From an uncultured Bacteroidota bacterium (GTDB lineage: Bacteria; Bacteroidota; Bacteroidia; Bacteroidales; VadinHA17): a DNA stretch of 64,000 nucleotides. The translations under genes and the position numbers were made by a program. Below the pieces are notes generated by a model that ran no database searches, was not told the origin of the DNA, and worked only from the letters and a program-made list of their open reading frames with translations. Every line of letters starts with the position of its first letter. The first letter of the stretch is position 1. Location: the NCBI GenBank assembly GCA_903824785.1, contig CAIJYD010000051.1:45926-109925 (forward strand), read 5' to 3'. Below are positions 40,824-50,698 of the stretch, one piece after another.

Positions 40824-41782
40824 GTTATTTTATCCGTTAAATCGCAGGAACATTTTTCGCGTATATTAAATTTCTGATGAAGGTTCATCTCTGTCAAACG
40901 GCTTATTCTATGATCAATACATTTACTACAACCTGAAAAGAGGTGTAAATCCCAGGTATCTGCAAACACCCGGCCTGAGTTCAGTCCGATGCCATATTCC
41001 AGGACGCTCTCCAGGGAGGAAATATCCGGAGGGGAGAAGAGTCCCTTTTCCAAAAGCTGATCCATTGCTCCGTTGCCGGCCCTCACAGGAATAACTGTAC
41101 AACATTCGATCCCGGTACTGAAAGCATAATCAATTGACCTTTCAGCCCAGTAAATACCTTCAGATTCAGACAAAAAAGGAGGTCTTAGCAAAATAAATGC
41201 TCTTGACCTGATTCCATTCTGAGTGAGAAAGCTTACAGAGTTTTTAAAATCTTCTGTTGTCATTTTCTTGTTAAGCTTTCTAAGTATCTCCGGATTAGCC
41301 GATTCGAGTCCCATGGCCACCTGCAATTCAGGCTTAAGCAAATTCCTGAATCTCAGGCACTTTTCATTAATAAGTCTGGGGTGACTCTCAACTATTACAG
41401 TTTCATAATTCTCAAGAAGCGAGGCAATCCTTTTATACTCTTTTTCAGGAATGGCCCTTTCATCAAAAAAGCTACCACTGTTATAGAGTTTCAGATGTTT
41501 AACATCAGGCAGCTGACTTAAAGCCCATTCAATCTGGTCAGAGATTGCACCGGCAGGAACTGATTCATCTGTTGTATTTTTCCACAGGTCGCACATCAGA
41601 CAATGAAAGGGACATTCCCTGTTTGTCAGAAAAATGATGGCAATATCTTCGATTCTCCCTGAAGCTGTTCTCTCCTTCTCAACTACCCACCCATACGGTT
41701 TCCGGTGATCGACAGAATTTTTCTTCCCCCGGCAGGATAAGATCCACCCGTCCGTTAATCCGGTGTCGGTATTCTCACTCAT
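40820..41782 (-). CDS. radical SAM enzyme (Elp3/RaSEA-like core)
   Basis: Canonical CxxxCxxC cluster motif in LTNRECPFHCLMCDLW. The NSGSFFDERAIP and VESHPRLI blocks resemble the TIGR01210/RaSEA-like group. Extra C-terminal Cys pairs (CSKC...CSC). Confidence 0.8.
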   Translation of the reverse strand: MSENTDTGLTDGWILSCRGKKNSVDHRKPYGWVVEKERTASGRIEDIAIIFLTNRECPFHCLMCDLWKNTTDESVPAGAISDQIEWALSQLPDVKHLKLYNSGSFFDERAIPEKEYKRIASLLENYETVIVESHPRLINEKCLRFRNLLKPELQVAMGLESANPEILRKLNKKMTTEDFKNSVSFLTQNGIRSRAFILLRPPFLSESEGIYWAERSIDYAFSTGIECCTVIPVRAGNGAMDQLLEKGLFSPPDISSLESVLEYGIGLNSGRVFADTWDLHLFSGCSKCIDHRISRLTEMNLHQKFNIREKCSCDLTDKIT

Positions 41783-43103
41783 AGATTGAAAGAAATTCCT
41801 TTCTGTAGGTCATTTCTTTTAAAGGAAACAGTTTGTCGAATGCTCCGCGGGAAGCAGCGCCGTGCTGAAAACGTCTTTTCTGGAAAACCGGCATATCCAT
41901 TCCTGTAACGGCTTTGATACCGTACGAAACGATCTGTCCCTTAAGGTCATAAAGTTTTTGATGATCCCAGCTGGTCATGTCAATATATGGAATTCCTTCT
42001 GAAATCTCAATAACATTTGGAAGGGTATATGGGCTGAATCCATTAAAACCAAGGATATCGGAAGTTGTGAAGCTCCGCATATATCCTCTGCTCAATCCGC
42101 CGGAATATGTAAGTGAATGCTTTATTGACTCCACTCCCCACCCTTCATGATAAAGCATCAGATTATTCAGTACGCTTCTTATTGTGAGTTCAGGATTTTC
42201 TTCAATCGGATAATCTTTCAGATTTTCATCTCCGCCTTCTCCGTCAATTAAATATTTCCAGTCGGGGTAGCGCGATCTGATTCCCTGAAGAAGAGCAAGA
42301 TTCATTGTTGCAGATTGAATATCAAGAGGTTTATAATCTTCAACAACCTTTATCGCATTCTTCCAGTCGAGTGATGAATAATCAACTTCAATGGGTTCCA
42401 GAAAGATATCAAGATTGAGCGCGGCAAGAAATTTTCTGGCCTGAATAAGGTCAGCTCCGTCGCCATCAATGGAAAGTGTGAAAGCTTTCAGCCTTGAAGG
42501 ACTTTCACCGAGCTCTTTCAGTGCATGATAAGTAAGAAGGAAAACTGAGCCGCTGTCAATTCCTGCAGAAAACGTAACACCGATGGGGCCGGTTTTTGCC
42601 TGAAACTGCAGCCATTTTTTTATCTCCGAGTACAATACTCCAATATAATCCGCTCCTATCTGTGCCGGATTTTCATCTAAAAACCTGTTCCGCTCAGGAG
42701 TGAAAAACCTGCTATAAACAGGATTAGGATCGGGGCAACCCAATAATTCAATTTTAGTAATATAATGGGCAGGAGCCATTCGGGTATAGGATGGATGAAA
42801 CTGATCTTCAAGACCTTCCTTTTTAAGATAATCATAGATAACGTCAATTCGTTCGGCAATAATCAGGTTAGGACCTGCCGGCCTTTTCGCAATGAAATAA
42901 CGTATCGGGCGGCCAATTGATCTTGCCATCCTGATCGTTTTTCCATCGACTGAGATCAGAGAAAACTGCCCGTCGATTTTTCTGACTGCTTCAACATCTC
43001 CGGAGCGGACAATATTAACTGCCTCTTCGTGAGTCATATTATAAATTACATTTTTTTCAGGATTTGTAAGATCCACAACCTTTTCCAGATATTGATTATT
43101 CAT
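41775..43103 (-). CDS. asparagine synthetase B / beta-lactam synthetase-like PP-loop adenylating enzyme without a glutaminase nucleophile
   Basis: PP-loop variant VTFSAGIDSGSV. The N-terminal domain keeps AsnB-like blocks (DGQFSLI, RSIGRPIRYF), but residue 2 is Asn (MNNQ...) rather than the Ntn Cys. 8-nt overlap with the radical SAM gene. Confidence 0.75.
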   Translation of the reverse strand: MNNQYLEKVVDLTNPEKNVIYNMTHEEAVNIVRSGDVEAVRKIDGQFSLISVDGKTIRMARSIGRPIRYFIAKRPAGPNLIIAERIDVIYDYLKKEGLEDQFHPSYTRMAPAHYITKIELLGCPDPNPVYSRFFTPERNRFLDENPAQIGADYIGVLYSEIKKWLQFQAKTGPIGVTFSAGIDSGSVFLLTYHALKELGESPSRLKAFTLSIDGDGADLIQARKFLAALNLDIFLEPIEVDYSSLDWKNAIKVVEDYKPLDIQSATMNLALLQGIRSRYPDWKYLIDGEGGDENLKDYPIEENPELTIRSVLNNLMLYHEGWGVESIKHSLTYSGGLSRGYMRSFTTSDILGFNGFSPYTLPNVIEISEGIPYIDMTSWDHQKLYDLKGQIVSYGIKAVTGMDMPVFQKRRFQHGAASRGAFDKLFPLKEMTYRKEFLSIYE

Positions 43104-43218
43104 ATTCCTGTTTTAAATCTTGATTCAAATTTTATTCTTACCTATTGTAATTATTCAAACATGCAACAATAATTTCCAAGCGGTCAATTCTATAAAGTCC
43201 GTTTTTGCCGTCCTCTGA

Positions 43219-44991
43219 TTATTTGACTATTATTCCCTTACCTTGCTGAATGGTAAGGTAGCGGTCAGCAGCAATATTCTTATAAACCTCCTTCGTTCCG
43301 TCCGACCAGGAGATCTCAAGAGTGCCGATCTGTTTCTCCTTTCCCAATCCTATATGGAGGCGGGGATCGATATTGGAAAGGTAGCTTGTAGTCCACTGGT
43401 TAACGAAAACCTGCTTTTTTTCACCTGCTGTAACCATTACTTTTGCTGCAATTGCAGAAGCCGGTCCGTTTTTTCCTTTCAGAGTCAACCCCAGCCAATG
43501 GTTTGTGTTGCCACCATCATTTCTCAATAAAGCGGCTGTTGTCTGCTTGTCAACATGAGAAATAATTATATCAAGGTCTCCGTCATTATCATAATCCAGG
43601 ACGGCAAGTCCTCTGCCTGAGCGTTTTGTGGAAAAATAGTCACCCCGCTCCTGCCCTGTGTTTGTAAAATGGCCTTTCCCGTCATTCTCCAGCAATAGTG
43701 GTAATTGAAGAATAAGTTCTTCTGCTGTACCATTTGCAGCGACCATATCCAGATCGCCATCATTGTCATAGTCAAAAAGCACTGCACCCCAGCTGCCTTT
43801 ACCCTTAATATAACCTGCTATACCGCTTGTTTCAGTAATATCTTCAAACAGGCCATTTCCCTTATTACGGTAAAGGGCACCATATTCAAGATCAGTAACA
43901 AGCAGGTCAATAAGCCCGTCACCATCAACGTCGCCTAACGATCCGTGCATGGAACCGGTTCCTTTTCCAAGGCTGTTTACTGCAACGCCACTCTCCACAC
44001 CTGCCTCCTTATATACACCCTTGTCATTTCTGAAGAGGAAATTAAGCTGGTGGTCATTTGCCTGGAAGATGTCAAGGTCTCCGTCATCATCAAAATCGAA
44101 TATTGTCAGTCCCATACATTTAGAATCGGGGTAATAGAGGCCATTCTGCCGGGTAACATCAATAAATTTCCCATCGGGCTGCTGTTCATAAAGCATCGAA
44201 GCCTGACCTTTATATTCAGATGGATGCGGCATCATACCCGGTGCTGAAGCAGAAACATAAGCAGGGTCGAAGGCAAGGAAATTGCCAACCATTGCATCAA
44301 GTCTTCCATCTTTATTATAATCCCAGAATGAAACACCAATACTCCATTTTAAAAATCCGTTTAATTTTTCAGGACCGGCCAGCCCTAATGAATTTGTTAT
44401 ATCAGAAAAGGTACCGTTTCCATTGTTACGATAAAACAGATTAGCCCCATAGTTCAGAAGATAAAGATCCTGATCGCCGTCATTGTCATAATCAATAGCA
44501 CCTGCGGCCATGCTCCAGTGCCGGTCGTCGACTCCTGCTGATTCCGAAACCTCTGTGAATGTTCCGTTTCCGTTGTTCCTGTAAAGCTCGTTATGAGTGT
44601 TCTTAAATACTTTCCCGTCCGGATCAGAGATACCCTCAAGGTAAGTCCCGTTCATAAGGTAAAGATCCATCAGATTATCATTGTTGTAATCGAATACAGT
44701 AATCCCCGATCCACTGCTTTCCAGGATGTTAACATATGAGTAGTCACCTATAGTGTACTTAAAATCTATTCCTGCCTTTTTGCTGACCTCTCTGAATGTC
44801 ACCGGGTTTTTCTGGGCACAGATCTGAAACTGGAAAAATGTTAAAAGGAAAACTGCCACAGACAAGAATAGTTTTAAACCAGATGCTTTAGCCCCAAAAT
44901 CTTCCAGAGGGATTATACCGTCAAAATGGTCATCAACTCTCCCTTCCCGGAATTCAGCAGAGACTGACCTGTTATTAAAATACAACATCAA
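43219..44991 (-). CDS. CRTAC1-family protein (FG-GAP repeats with C-terminal ASPIC/UnbV domain)
   Basis: FG-GAP motifs (DYNNDNLMDLYL, DYDNDGDQDLYL, FDFDDDGDLDIF, DVDGDGLIDLLV and others). C-terminal NHWLGLTLKGKNGPASAIAAKVMV...RLHIGLG...ISWSDG. The start codon is uncertain. Confidence 0.85.
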   Translation of the reverse strand: MMLYFNNRSVSAEFREGRVDDHFDGIIPLEDFGAKASGLKLFLSVAVFLLTFFQFQICAQKNPVTFREVSKKAGIDFKYTIGDYSYVNILESSGSGITVFDYNNDNLMDLYLMNGTYLEGISDPDGKVFKNTHNELYRNNGNGTFTEVSESAGVDDRHWSMAAGAIDYDNDGDQDLYLLNYGANLFYRNNGNGTFSDITNSLGLAGPEKLNGFLKWSIGVSFWDYNKDGRLDAMVGNFLAFDPAYVSASAPGMMPHPSEYKGQASMLYEQQPDGKFIDVTRQNGLYYPDSKCMGLTIFDFDDDGDLDIFQANDHQLNFLFRNDKGVYKEAGVESGVAVNSLGKGTGSMHGSLGDVDGDGLIDLLVTDLEYGALYRNKGNGLFEDITETSGIAGYIKGKGSWGAVLFDYDNDGDLDMVAANGTAEELILQLPLLLENDGKGHFTNTGQERGDYFSTKRSGRGLAVLDYDNDGDLDIIISHVDKQTTAALLRNDGGNTNHWLGLTLKGKNGPASAIAAKVMVTAGEKKQVFVNQWTTSYLSNIDPRLHIGLGKEKQIGTLEISWSDGTKEVYKNIAADRYLTIQQGKGIIVK

Positions 44992-45002
44992 TAAACATAT
45001 TA

Positions 45003-48000
45003 TTATTTGATTTTCAAAGCATTAAGATAGGCATCGCGGGTTACTACCCGGGTATTATACTCCTGATGATAATTCTGAAGTTCAGGATCATCGGGGTATT
45101 TATCATCCGGTGAAGGGGGGTAAGCTGACATACCATGAAAAGGAAGCGGAAGCACAGTATTCCCGGTTGCCGTGTTGATATCACCGTCTTTTACCCAGCC
45201 AACACTGTTAATAAGAAAATCCCTTTTCCACCCGGCTTTTAGTTCAGGTAATCCCTTCTGATCAAACCTGACAGATGTTTCGTCACCGGCGTTGGAGATA
45301 ATGTATTTATTATCGGACTCTGTCAGCAGAGGCAGCACATCACCGTATCGGGTATAGCTTCCCGGCAAGTCTCTCCATTTATGATTTGTATCAACATTGG
45401 AATAATCAAACCAATGGGGACCGAACCGGCCGCCTTTTCTAAAAGAGCCGGAGAAACCCCTGTAATGAATTTCGGCTGAAACCGGATTCATTACTGTTGA
45501 AACCTGTGGCGCATCTGAAAGTTCATCGGAAAAAAATATCTGATCCCAGTAGATCTCCATATTGGTTAAGATCCTTATCCTGTGATCGGATGAAAGAAAT
45601 TTACCGGAAAGGTCGGCAATTACCATTTTGTCTTTACCCATCGGGAAGCCCGGATTGTTAATTACCGTTTCCCATGCCCCTTTTTTATTAATAACCTGTA
45701 TGACTGGCGGATTAACTTTCAGGTTACCTGATTGTGAAATGGCCACGTTAATGCTGGCATCAGTGGGGAAGATCCATCCATTCATGAAAAGAAATAATTT
45801 TCCATCCTTACCAATTTTACCCGGATCGAGAATGAGCTCTTTCATGGCTGTAACTCCCTGATATTTATCGGGTTTGAAATCAGATACATATTTATCATCT
45901 TTTTCGGAGATAACCGGAAGCAGATCGTTTCCCTGCGAATCGGTAGCCGAAAGGGGAAGATGCTTATCCCTGACCTGGTAGGTTTTCATTCCGGGAAAAG
46001 GAGGGGGAGAAAACTGTTCCGCAACAAACAGGTCAACTGAATCGGGATGATCGACAGCCACCAGGCGGATCTTATCGAGATATATTGTCTCCCACAATTC
46101 AGATGTGAGCTGAATGGAATAGATTCCCTCTTTCGGTTTTAACACCTCTGAAGGAATTTTAATATAGTCATCCGATGCATCGGCGAAAGCATAAGCAGTT
46201 GCACCGCCCATGATACCCAGCGGCATACCGAGTGCACTTCTCCAGAGAATATCCTTTACAAAAACAAATGCTTCTCCGTTCCAGGTATAAAGAAACGGGC
46301 ATGACCCTTTCAGCGTTTGTGCTTCAATAAGTGACTGATCTGTACCGGGAAAGAAGATATTCTGAGGCACGCCGTTTGTCCAGGTAATTCTGATAACATC
46401 TGCTGTTGAGCGGTGTCCAACGCCAAAATGGACATTAGGATCGGTAACCGTGGTAGTCTGATAAAGGTCTCCTGACCGCATTTCAACTTTTGCCCCAATC
46501 CCGAAATGGTTGTTTTTCGCACTTCCGGCTCTCAGCCCTACAAGTTTAACCCTGAGAAAATGGTTATTGTTACCACCGTCATTGCGTAAAAGGGAGATCC
46601 CTCCGTTCATGCCGGCGATGACAAGGTCGAGGTCGCCGTCATCATTGTAATCAAATACTGCTATCTGCCTTCCCGACTTCACCTCTTCAGGCAAAAGATG
46701 GGAAACACCGGAAAAGTTTCCTTTCCCGTCATTATAATAAAGGAATAACCCTCTTCCTCCTTTTTCCTTAGGTTCACCGGCAAAAAGAAGATCGAGATAT
46801 CCGTCGTTGTTAAAATCGAAAAAAGAGGCGTCATAACCTTTTACATTCTGAATTGAGCTGAACATCTCTTTTGAGTTTTTCTCCAATTCGAAAGTGCCAT
46901 CGCCCCTGTTCCTGTATAACCGGTGAACTTCTCCGCTTACTGAAGTGATGAAGAGATCAAGAAATCCATCATTATTATAGTCTCCTGCCACGACCGAACC
47001 GGATCCACCTTCACTTTTCAAACCGCTTTCAACAGTAATATCTTTGAAGAGACCCTGTCGCTGATTTGAGTATAAAATATTACCTGCATTTTCATTTACG
47101 ACAATAAAATCGATATCCCCATCTTCATCAAAATCGCCAAAGGCTGCATCGCGGCTGTTAACATCCGAAGCTGACAATCCCATTTTTCCGGCTTGCTCCT
47201 GAAAAGTGCCATCGGAATTATTTCTGAACAAAAGGTTTGATTTATTTCCCGTTTCAAACAGATCCAGATCTCCGTCATGATCAAGATCGAAAGCCAGAGC
47301 CATATTTCCTCCGGTTTTACTACCGATAAGAGCTTTATTTGTGACATCTTCAAACGCACCTTTCCCGGTGTTCCGGTATAAAATATCACCATCTTCTTTT
47401 ACAATGAACAGGTCGGTGAAGCCATCGTTATCAAAATCGGCCAATAAGGCTGAAGTTTCTTTGCCTGAATGAGTTATTCCGGTTTCAATTGAAACATCAG
47501 TGAATCTTCCCATCTCATTATTGAAAAGAAAATGTTTCCAGGATGAAGTTGCCGGATCGTAACTACCTGCATAAAGATCTATATCACCATCCCCGTCATA
47601 ATCGGCAGCTGCCACGTGAGAAGGATATTCTGAAAGAGGAACAAGATCCAAACCTGCAGAAGAAGTTACATCATTGAATTTAACGACATCCAGAAGAGAT
47701 TGATTTTCAACTATCTGAGTAAGCATCTGCTGATCAAAAGTAATCAGAGGAAATCCTATGAGCGAACCACCGGGGCCCTTTAAATCCATTATGCCTGCCT
47801 GATACGGAGATGTTACTTTCAGATAATTATGAAAAATCGTAAATTGAATAATCGCATTTCCCTTATCCTGTTTTTTCAGCAATGACGATGCTTTATCGTA
47901 ATATTCAATAGCTTCCTTTGGGAATTCGGGGAACTGTTTATGTATTATTTCAAGTTTTTCAAGAGCCTTATCGTTTTCTCCGTTGACGATATAGATCTCT

Positions 48001-48569
48001 GTCAGGTTAAGGAGCGGTACTAAATTTCCGGGGGCTTTTTCAACGAGCTGAAGTAAATAGTTCTCACGTTGCTTCCGGGAATCCTCATCTGAAGCTGCAG
48101 TGTATAATTCAGAAAGATCATATAGAATTTTTATATTGTCGGGAGCAAATTTAAGAGCCTCTTTAAGTTCTGTAACAGCTTTTTCCCGTTGATCATTCAT
48201 CTGGTAAACTGTTGCCAGAATCAGACGGATGTCAGGATCGGCAGCATCAATTTTAATTGCTTTCAGCAGTTGTTTTTCAGCTTCCGGATACCTTCCCATT
48301 CTAAGGTAGGCAAGGCCGAGGTTTGCATATCCCAGTTTCTCTTTGGGTGCCAGTTTAATAAACTTCAGGAACTCTTTTTCCGCATCTTCCAGTTTAAACT
48401 CTTCAAGATAGGCAAGTCCCAGAGTTTTTATTGTCATCAGATCAAGAGATTTCTGCTTTGCTTTCTCCGGACTCTCCTTACAACCTAAAAATGAAAGGGA
48501 GATAATTGCAAACAAGAGCAAAATTTTCAGGCTATATTTAATATTACACATAAAAGTATTGAATTTCAA
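45003..48569 (-). CDS. TPR plus FG-GAP plus ASPIC/UnbV lipoprotein with a large uncharacterised C-terminal module
   Basis: Lipobox SFLGC. About 250 aa of TPR-like repeats (LGLAYLRMGRYPEAEKQLLKAIKID...), then FG-GAP motifs. ASPIC block NHFLRVKLVGLRAGSAKNNHFGIGAKVEM...ITWTNG. About 430 aa follow without a recognised motif. Confidence 0.85.
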   Translation of the reverse strand: MKFNTFMCNIKYSLKILLLFAIISLSFLGCKESPEKAKQKSLDLMTIKTLGLAYLEEFKLEDAEKEFLKFIKLAPKEKLGYANLGLAYLRMGRYPEAEKQLLKAIKIDAADPDIRLILATVYQMNDQREKAVTELKEALKFAPDNIKILYDLSELYTAASDEDSRKQRENYLLQLVEKAPGNLVPLLNLTEIYIVNGENDKALEKLEIIHKQFPEFPKEAIEYYDKASSLLKKQDKGNAIIQFTIFHNYLKVTSPYQAGIMDLKGPGGSLIGFPLITFDQQMLTQIVENQSLLDVVKFNDVTSSAGLDLVPLSEYPSHVAAADYDGDGDIDLYAGSYDPATSSWKHFLFNNEMGRFTDVSIETGITHSGKETSALLADFDNDGFTDLFIVKEDGDILYRNTGKGAFEDVTNKALIGSKTGGNMALAFDLDHDGDLDLFETGNKSNLLFRNNSDGTFQEQAGKMGLSASDVNSRDAAFGDFDEDGDIDFIVVNENAGNILYSNQRQGLFKDITVESGLKSEGGSGSVVAGDYNNDGFLDLFITSVSGEVHRLYRNRGDGTFELEKNSKEMFSSIQNVKGYDASFFDFNNDGYLDLLFAGEPKEKGGRGLFLYYNDGKGNFSGVSHLLPEEVKSGRQIAVFDYNDDGDLDLVIAGMNGGISLLRNDGGNNNHFLRVKLVGLRAGSAKNNHFGIGAKVEMRSGDLYQTTTVTDPNVHFGVGHRSTADVIRITWTNGVPQNIFFPGTDQSLIEAQTLKGSCPFLYTWNGEAFVFVKDILWRSALGMPLGIMGGATAYAFADASDDYIKIPSEVLKPKEGIYSIQLTSELWETIYLDKIRLVAVDHPDSVDLFVAEQFSPPPFPGMKTYQVRDKHLPLSATDSQGNDLLPVISEKDDKYVSDFKPDKYQGVTAMKELILDPGKIGKDGKLFLFMNGWIFPTDASINVAISQSGNLKVNPPVIQVINKKGAWETVINNPGFPMGKDKMVIADLSGKFLSSDHRIRILTNMEIYWDQIFFSDELSDAPQVSTVMNPVSAEIHYRGFSGSFRKGGRFGPHWFDYSNVDTNHKWRDLPGSYTRYGDVLPLLTESDNKYIISNAGDETSVRFDQKGLPELKAGWKRDFLINSVGWVKDGDINTATGNTVLPLPFHGMSAYPPSPDDKYPDDPELQNYHQEYNTRVVTRDAYLNALKIK

Positions 48570-48656
48570 GCGGTTTGGACTGGATTCTCATTTAACCCTT
48601 TAATGTTTTTTATAGCATCAAATTTAAGAAATAAAAAGAATTTAATACCGTGGTTT

Positions 48657-49802
48657 TCATTCAACTGCAGCGGGATGTCCGTTTTTTATCTCCATCAGCA
48701 CTCCGGGATTCACCCTGTTTCCTTTGGCATCAAATGTAATTGTTCCTGTAACCCCTTCGAATTTAAGGTCCGCCAATGATTTTTGAATCTTATCACGGTC
48801 ACCGCCGGCCTTTCTGACAGCCTCAATAATCATGTTCATACCATCGAAGGCATAAGCAGCAACTGCCCCCGGCATAGTGCCGTAAGTACTCTGATATTCA
48901 TCAATGAAGGCAGACCCCCCGGCACTCAGCCAATGACCCGGTGTTATCAGAACAACACCCTCATATTTCTTTAATTCCATTTCAGACAACTCTTTTTCAT
49001 CGAGCAGGGATAATGCACCAAAAACCTGCCTGCTCATTTTTCTATGCCTCATCTGGTCGATAATTTTAATTGAAGAACGAGGTAGTCCGAAAAGGATAAT
49101 TGCCTCACTTCCTGCTTTATCTAACTCATCAATGATCGAAGTAAAATCCTGATTCTGATTATCATAAGAAAACAGTGCAGGGACCGGCACCCCTTTTGTT
49201 TTTGCTGTTTTCAGGAAACTGGATATGGCGAGTTTTGAATCATACCCATCATCGCCTACCAGAGCTACTTTACTAAACTTTCTTTTAGTAAATATTTCAT
49301 GGATGAGCAGGTCTGCCTGCTGGAGATTGTTTGGAACACAATTGAAAAACCAGGGAACAAATGCCTGGGAGAGGGTTGGATCAGCGGCCCAGGCTGATAA
49401 GAAAACTATCCGTTCTTTTGTGGCCACCTGCTCTGCAAGGTGTGCATTCCTCCCGTAGTGAGAACCTATAATTGCCCATACCTTTTCATCAAAGATCAGG
49501 TTTACCGTCTCTTTGGAACCTGTTCCCCAGGGTCCTTCCATAGAACGCACAACAAGACGAACAGGGTGCCCGTTGCAACCACCGTTCTGATTTGCGGTTC
49601 TGACGGCTATTGCAGCCCCTTGCCTGGCTGAGGGTGATTTATTGTCTGATATTAACAGACCGATTTTTACGGTATCGCCTTTCAGTTCGTTTCCCGGAAA
49701 CGGCTGAACTCCACAGACAACATAATAAGGAAGAACAGTTACCAGGAATACCGGGAATAAGAATTTAAGAAATCGCATATAACTATTCCCTGAAACCTTC
49801 AT
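48657..49802 (-). CDS. LivK-type (Peripla_BP_6) periplasmic substrate-binding protein, orphan
   Basis: Signal sequence (the likely true start is the Met of MRFLKFLF at about 49778). Type I periplasmic-binding-protein pattern, including [19 protein letters not shown]. Confidence 0.75.
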   Translation of the reverse strand: MKVSGNSYMRFLKFLFPVFLVTVLPYYVVCGVQPFPGNELKGDTVKIGLLISDNKSPSARQGAAIAVRTANQNGGCNGHPVRLVVRSMEGPWGTGSKETVNLIFDEKVWAIIGSHYGRNAHLAEQVATKERIVFLSAWAADPTLSQAFVPWFFNCVPNNLQQADLLIHEIFTKRKFSKVALVGDDGYDSKLAISSFLKTAKTKGVPVPALFSYDNQNQDFTSIIDELDKAGSEAIILFGLPRSSIKIIDQMRHRKMSRQVFGALSLLDEKELSEMELKKYEGVVLITPGHWLSAGGSAFIDEYQSTYGTMPGAVAAYAFDGMNMIIEAVRKAGGDRDKIQKSLADLKFEGVTGTITFDAKGNRVNPGVLMEIKNGHPAAVE

Positions 49803-49818
49803 ATTCTGAAAGTTATGG

Positions 49819-50679
49819 TTATGAAATATTTCTATCGACAGCCAGTGCTATTTTTTTCAGCTCCTTTATCAGCTGTTCAAACTCAGGCAGATTAAGTGAT
49901 TGGTGGCCATCGCATAACGCTTCCTCAGGGTTGCAATGGACCTCCATAATGATACCATCGGCTCCAACGGCAACAGCCGCTTTTGTCATTGCAGGCACCA
50001 TCCATCTCAGACCGGTTCCATGGCTGGGATCTATTATTACAGGAAGGTGGCTCAGCCGTTTAAGCATTGGTACAGCGCTAAGGTCGAGAGTGTTTCTGGT
50101 AGATGTTTCAAAGGTGCGGATACCACGTTCGCAGAGTATTACCTGATCGTTACCCTGATTTAGAATGTATTCAGCTGCCAGCAAAAACTCCTCAATGGTT
50201 GCCATCATACCCCTTTTGAGCAAAATCGGTTTCTTGCATAATCCTGCTTCCTTTAAAAGAGGAAAATTCTGCATATTTCGTGAACCTATCTGAAGCATAT
50301 CGGCATAGCCTGCAACCAGTTCAACCTGACGTGTATCCATTACTTCGGTCACCAATGGCAGACCTGTTTCTTTACTTATTAAACCAAGGAGCCGTAACCC
50401 CTCTTCTCCCATACCCTGAAAGTTATAAGGAGAAGAGCGTGGTTTGAAAGCCCCTCCTCTTAATATCCCTGCTCCACCTGCCGCTACTGCTCTGGCAGTT
50501 TCAAACAACTGATCCTGACTCTCAACAGCGCATGGCCCGGCAATTATAACAATATCCGAACCACCTATCGTCACCCCGGCAACGTTTACTATTGTTGCCT
50601 CAGGCTTTATCTTGCGACTAACCCTGGGGGGAATTGGAAATCCGGCATTTACAGGAACATCGCATGAATTAGTTTCCAT
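49819..50679 (-). CDS. aroF: 3-deoxy-7-phosphoheptulonate (DAHP) synthase, class I-beta, no regulatory domain
   Basis: [10 protein letters not shown] and [27 protein letters not shown] are near-identical in pattern to Thermotoga/Bacillus-type DAHPS. DPSHGTG metal/substrate motif. No signal peptide. Confidence 0.8.
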   Translation of the reverse strand: METNSCDVPVNAGFPIPPRVSRKIKPEATIVNVAGVTIGGSDIVIIAGPCAVESQDQLFETARAVAAGGAGILRGGAFKPRSSPYNFQGMGEEGLRLLGLISKETGLPLVTEVMDTRQVELVAGYADMLQIGSRNMQNFPLLKEAGLCKKPILLKRGMMATIEEFLLAAEYILNQGNDQVILCERGIRTFETSTRNTLDLSAVPMLKRLSHLPVIIDPSHGTGLRWMVPAMTKAAVAVGADGIIMEVHCNPEEALCDGHQSLNLPEFEQLIKELKKIALAVDRNIS

Positions 50680-50698
50680 TTTCTCTTTTTCTGTGATA

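Noticed and set aside
49819-50679. Alternative assignment of the 286-aa enzyme as KDO-8-phosphate synthase.
   Set aside because: The blocks IAGPCAVES and [23 protein letters not shown] match the class I-beta DAHPS pattern. KDO8PS has a different pattern (FKSSFDKANRSS type).
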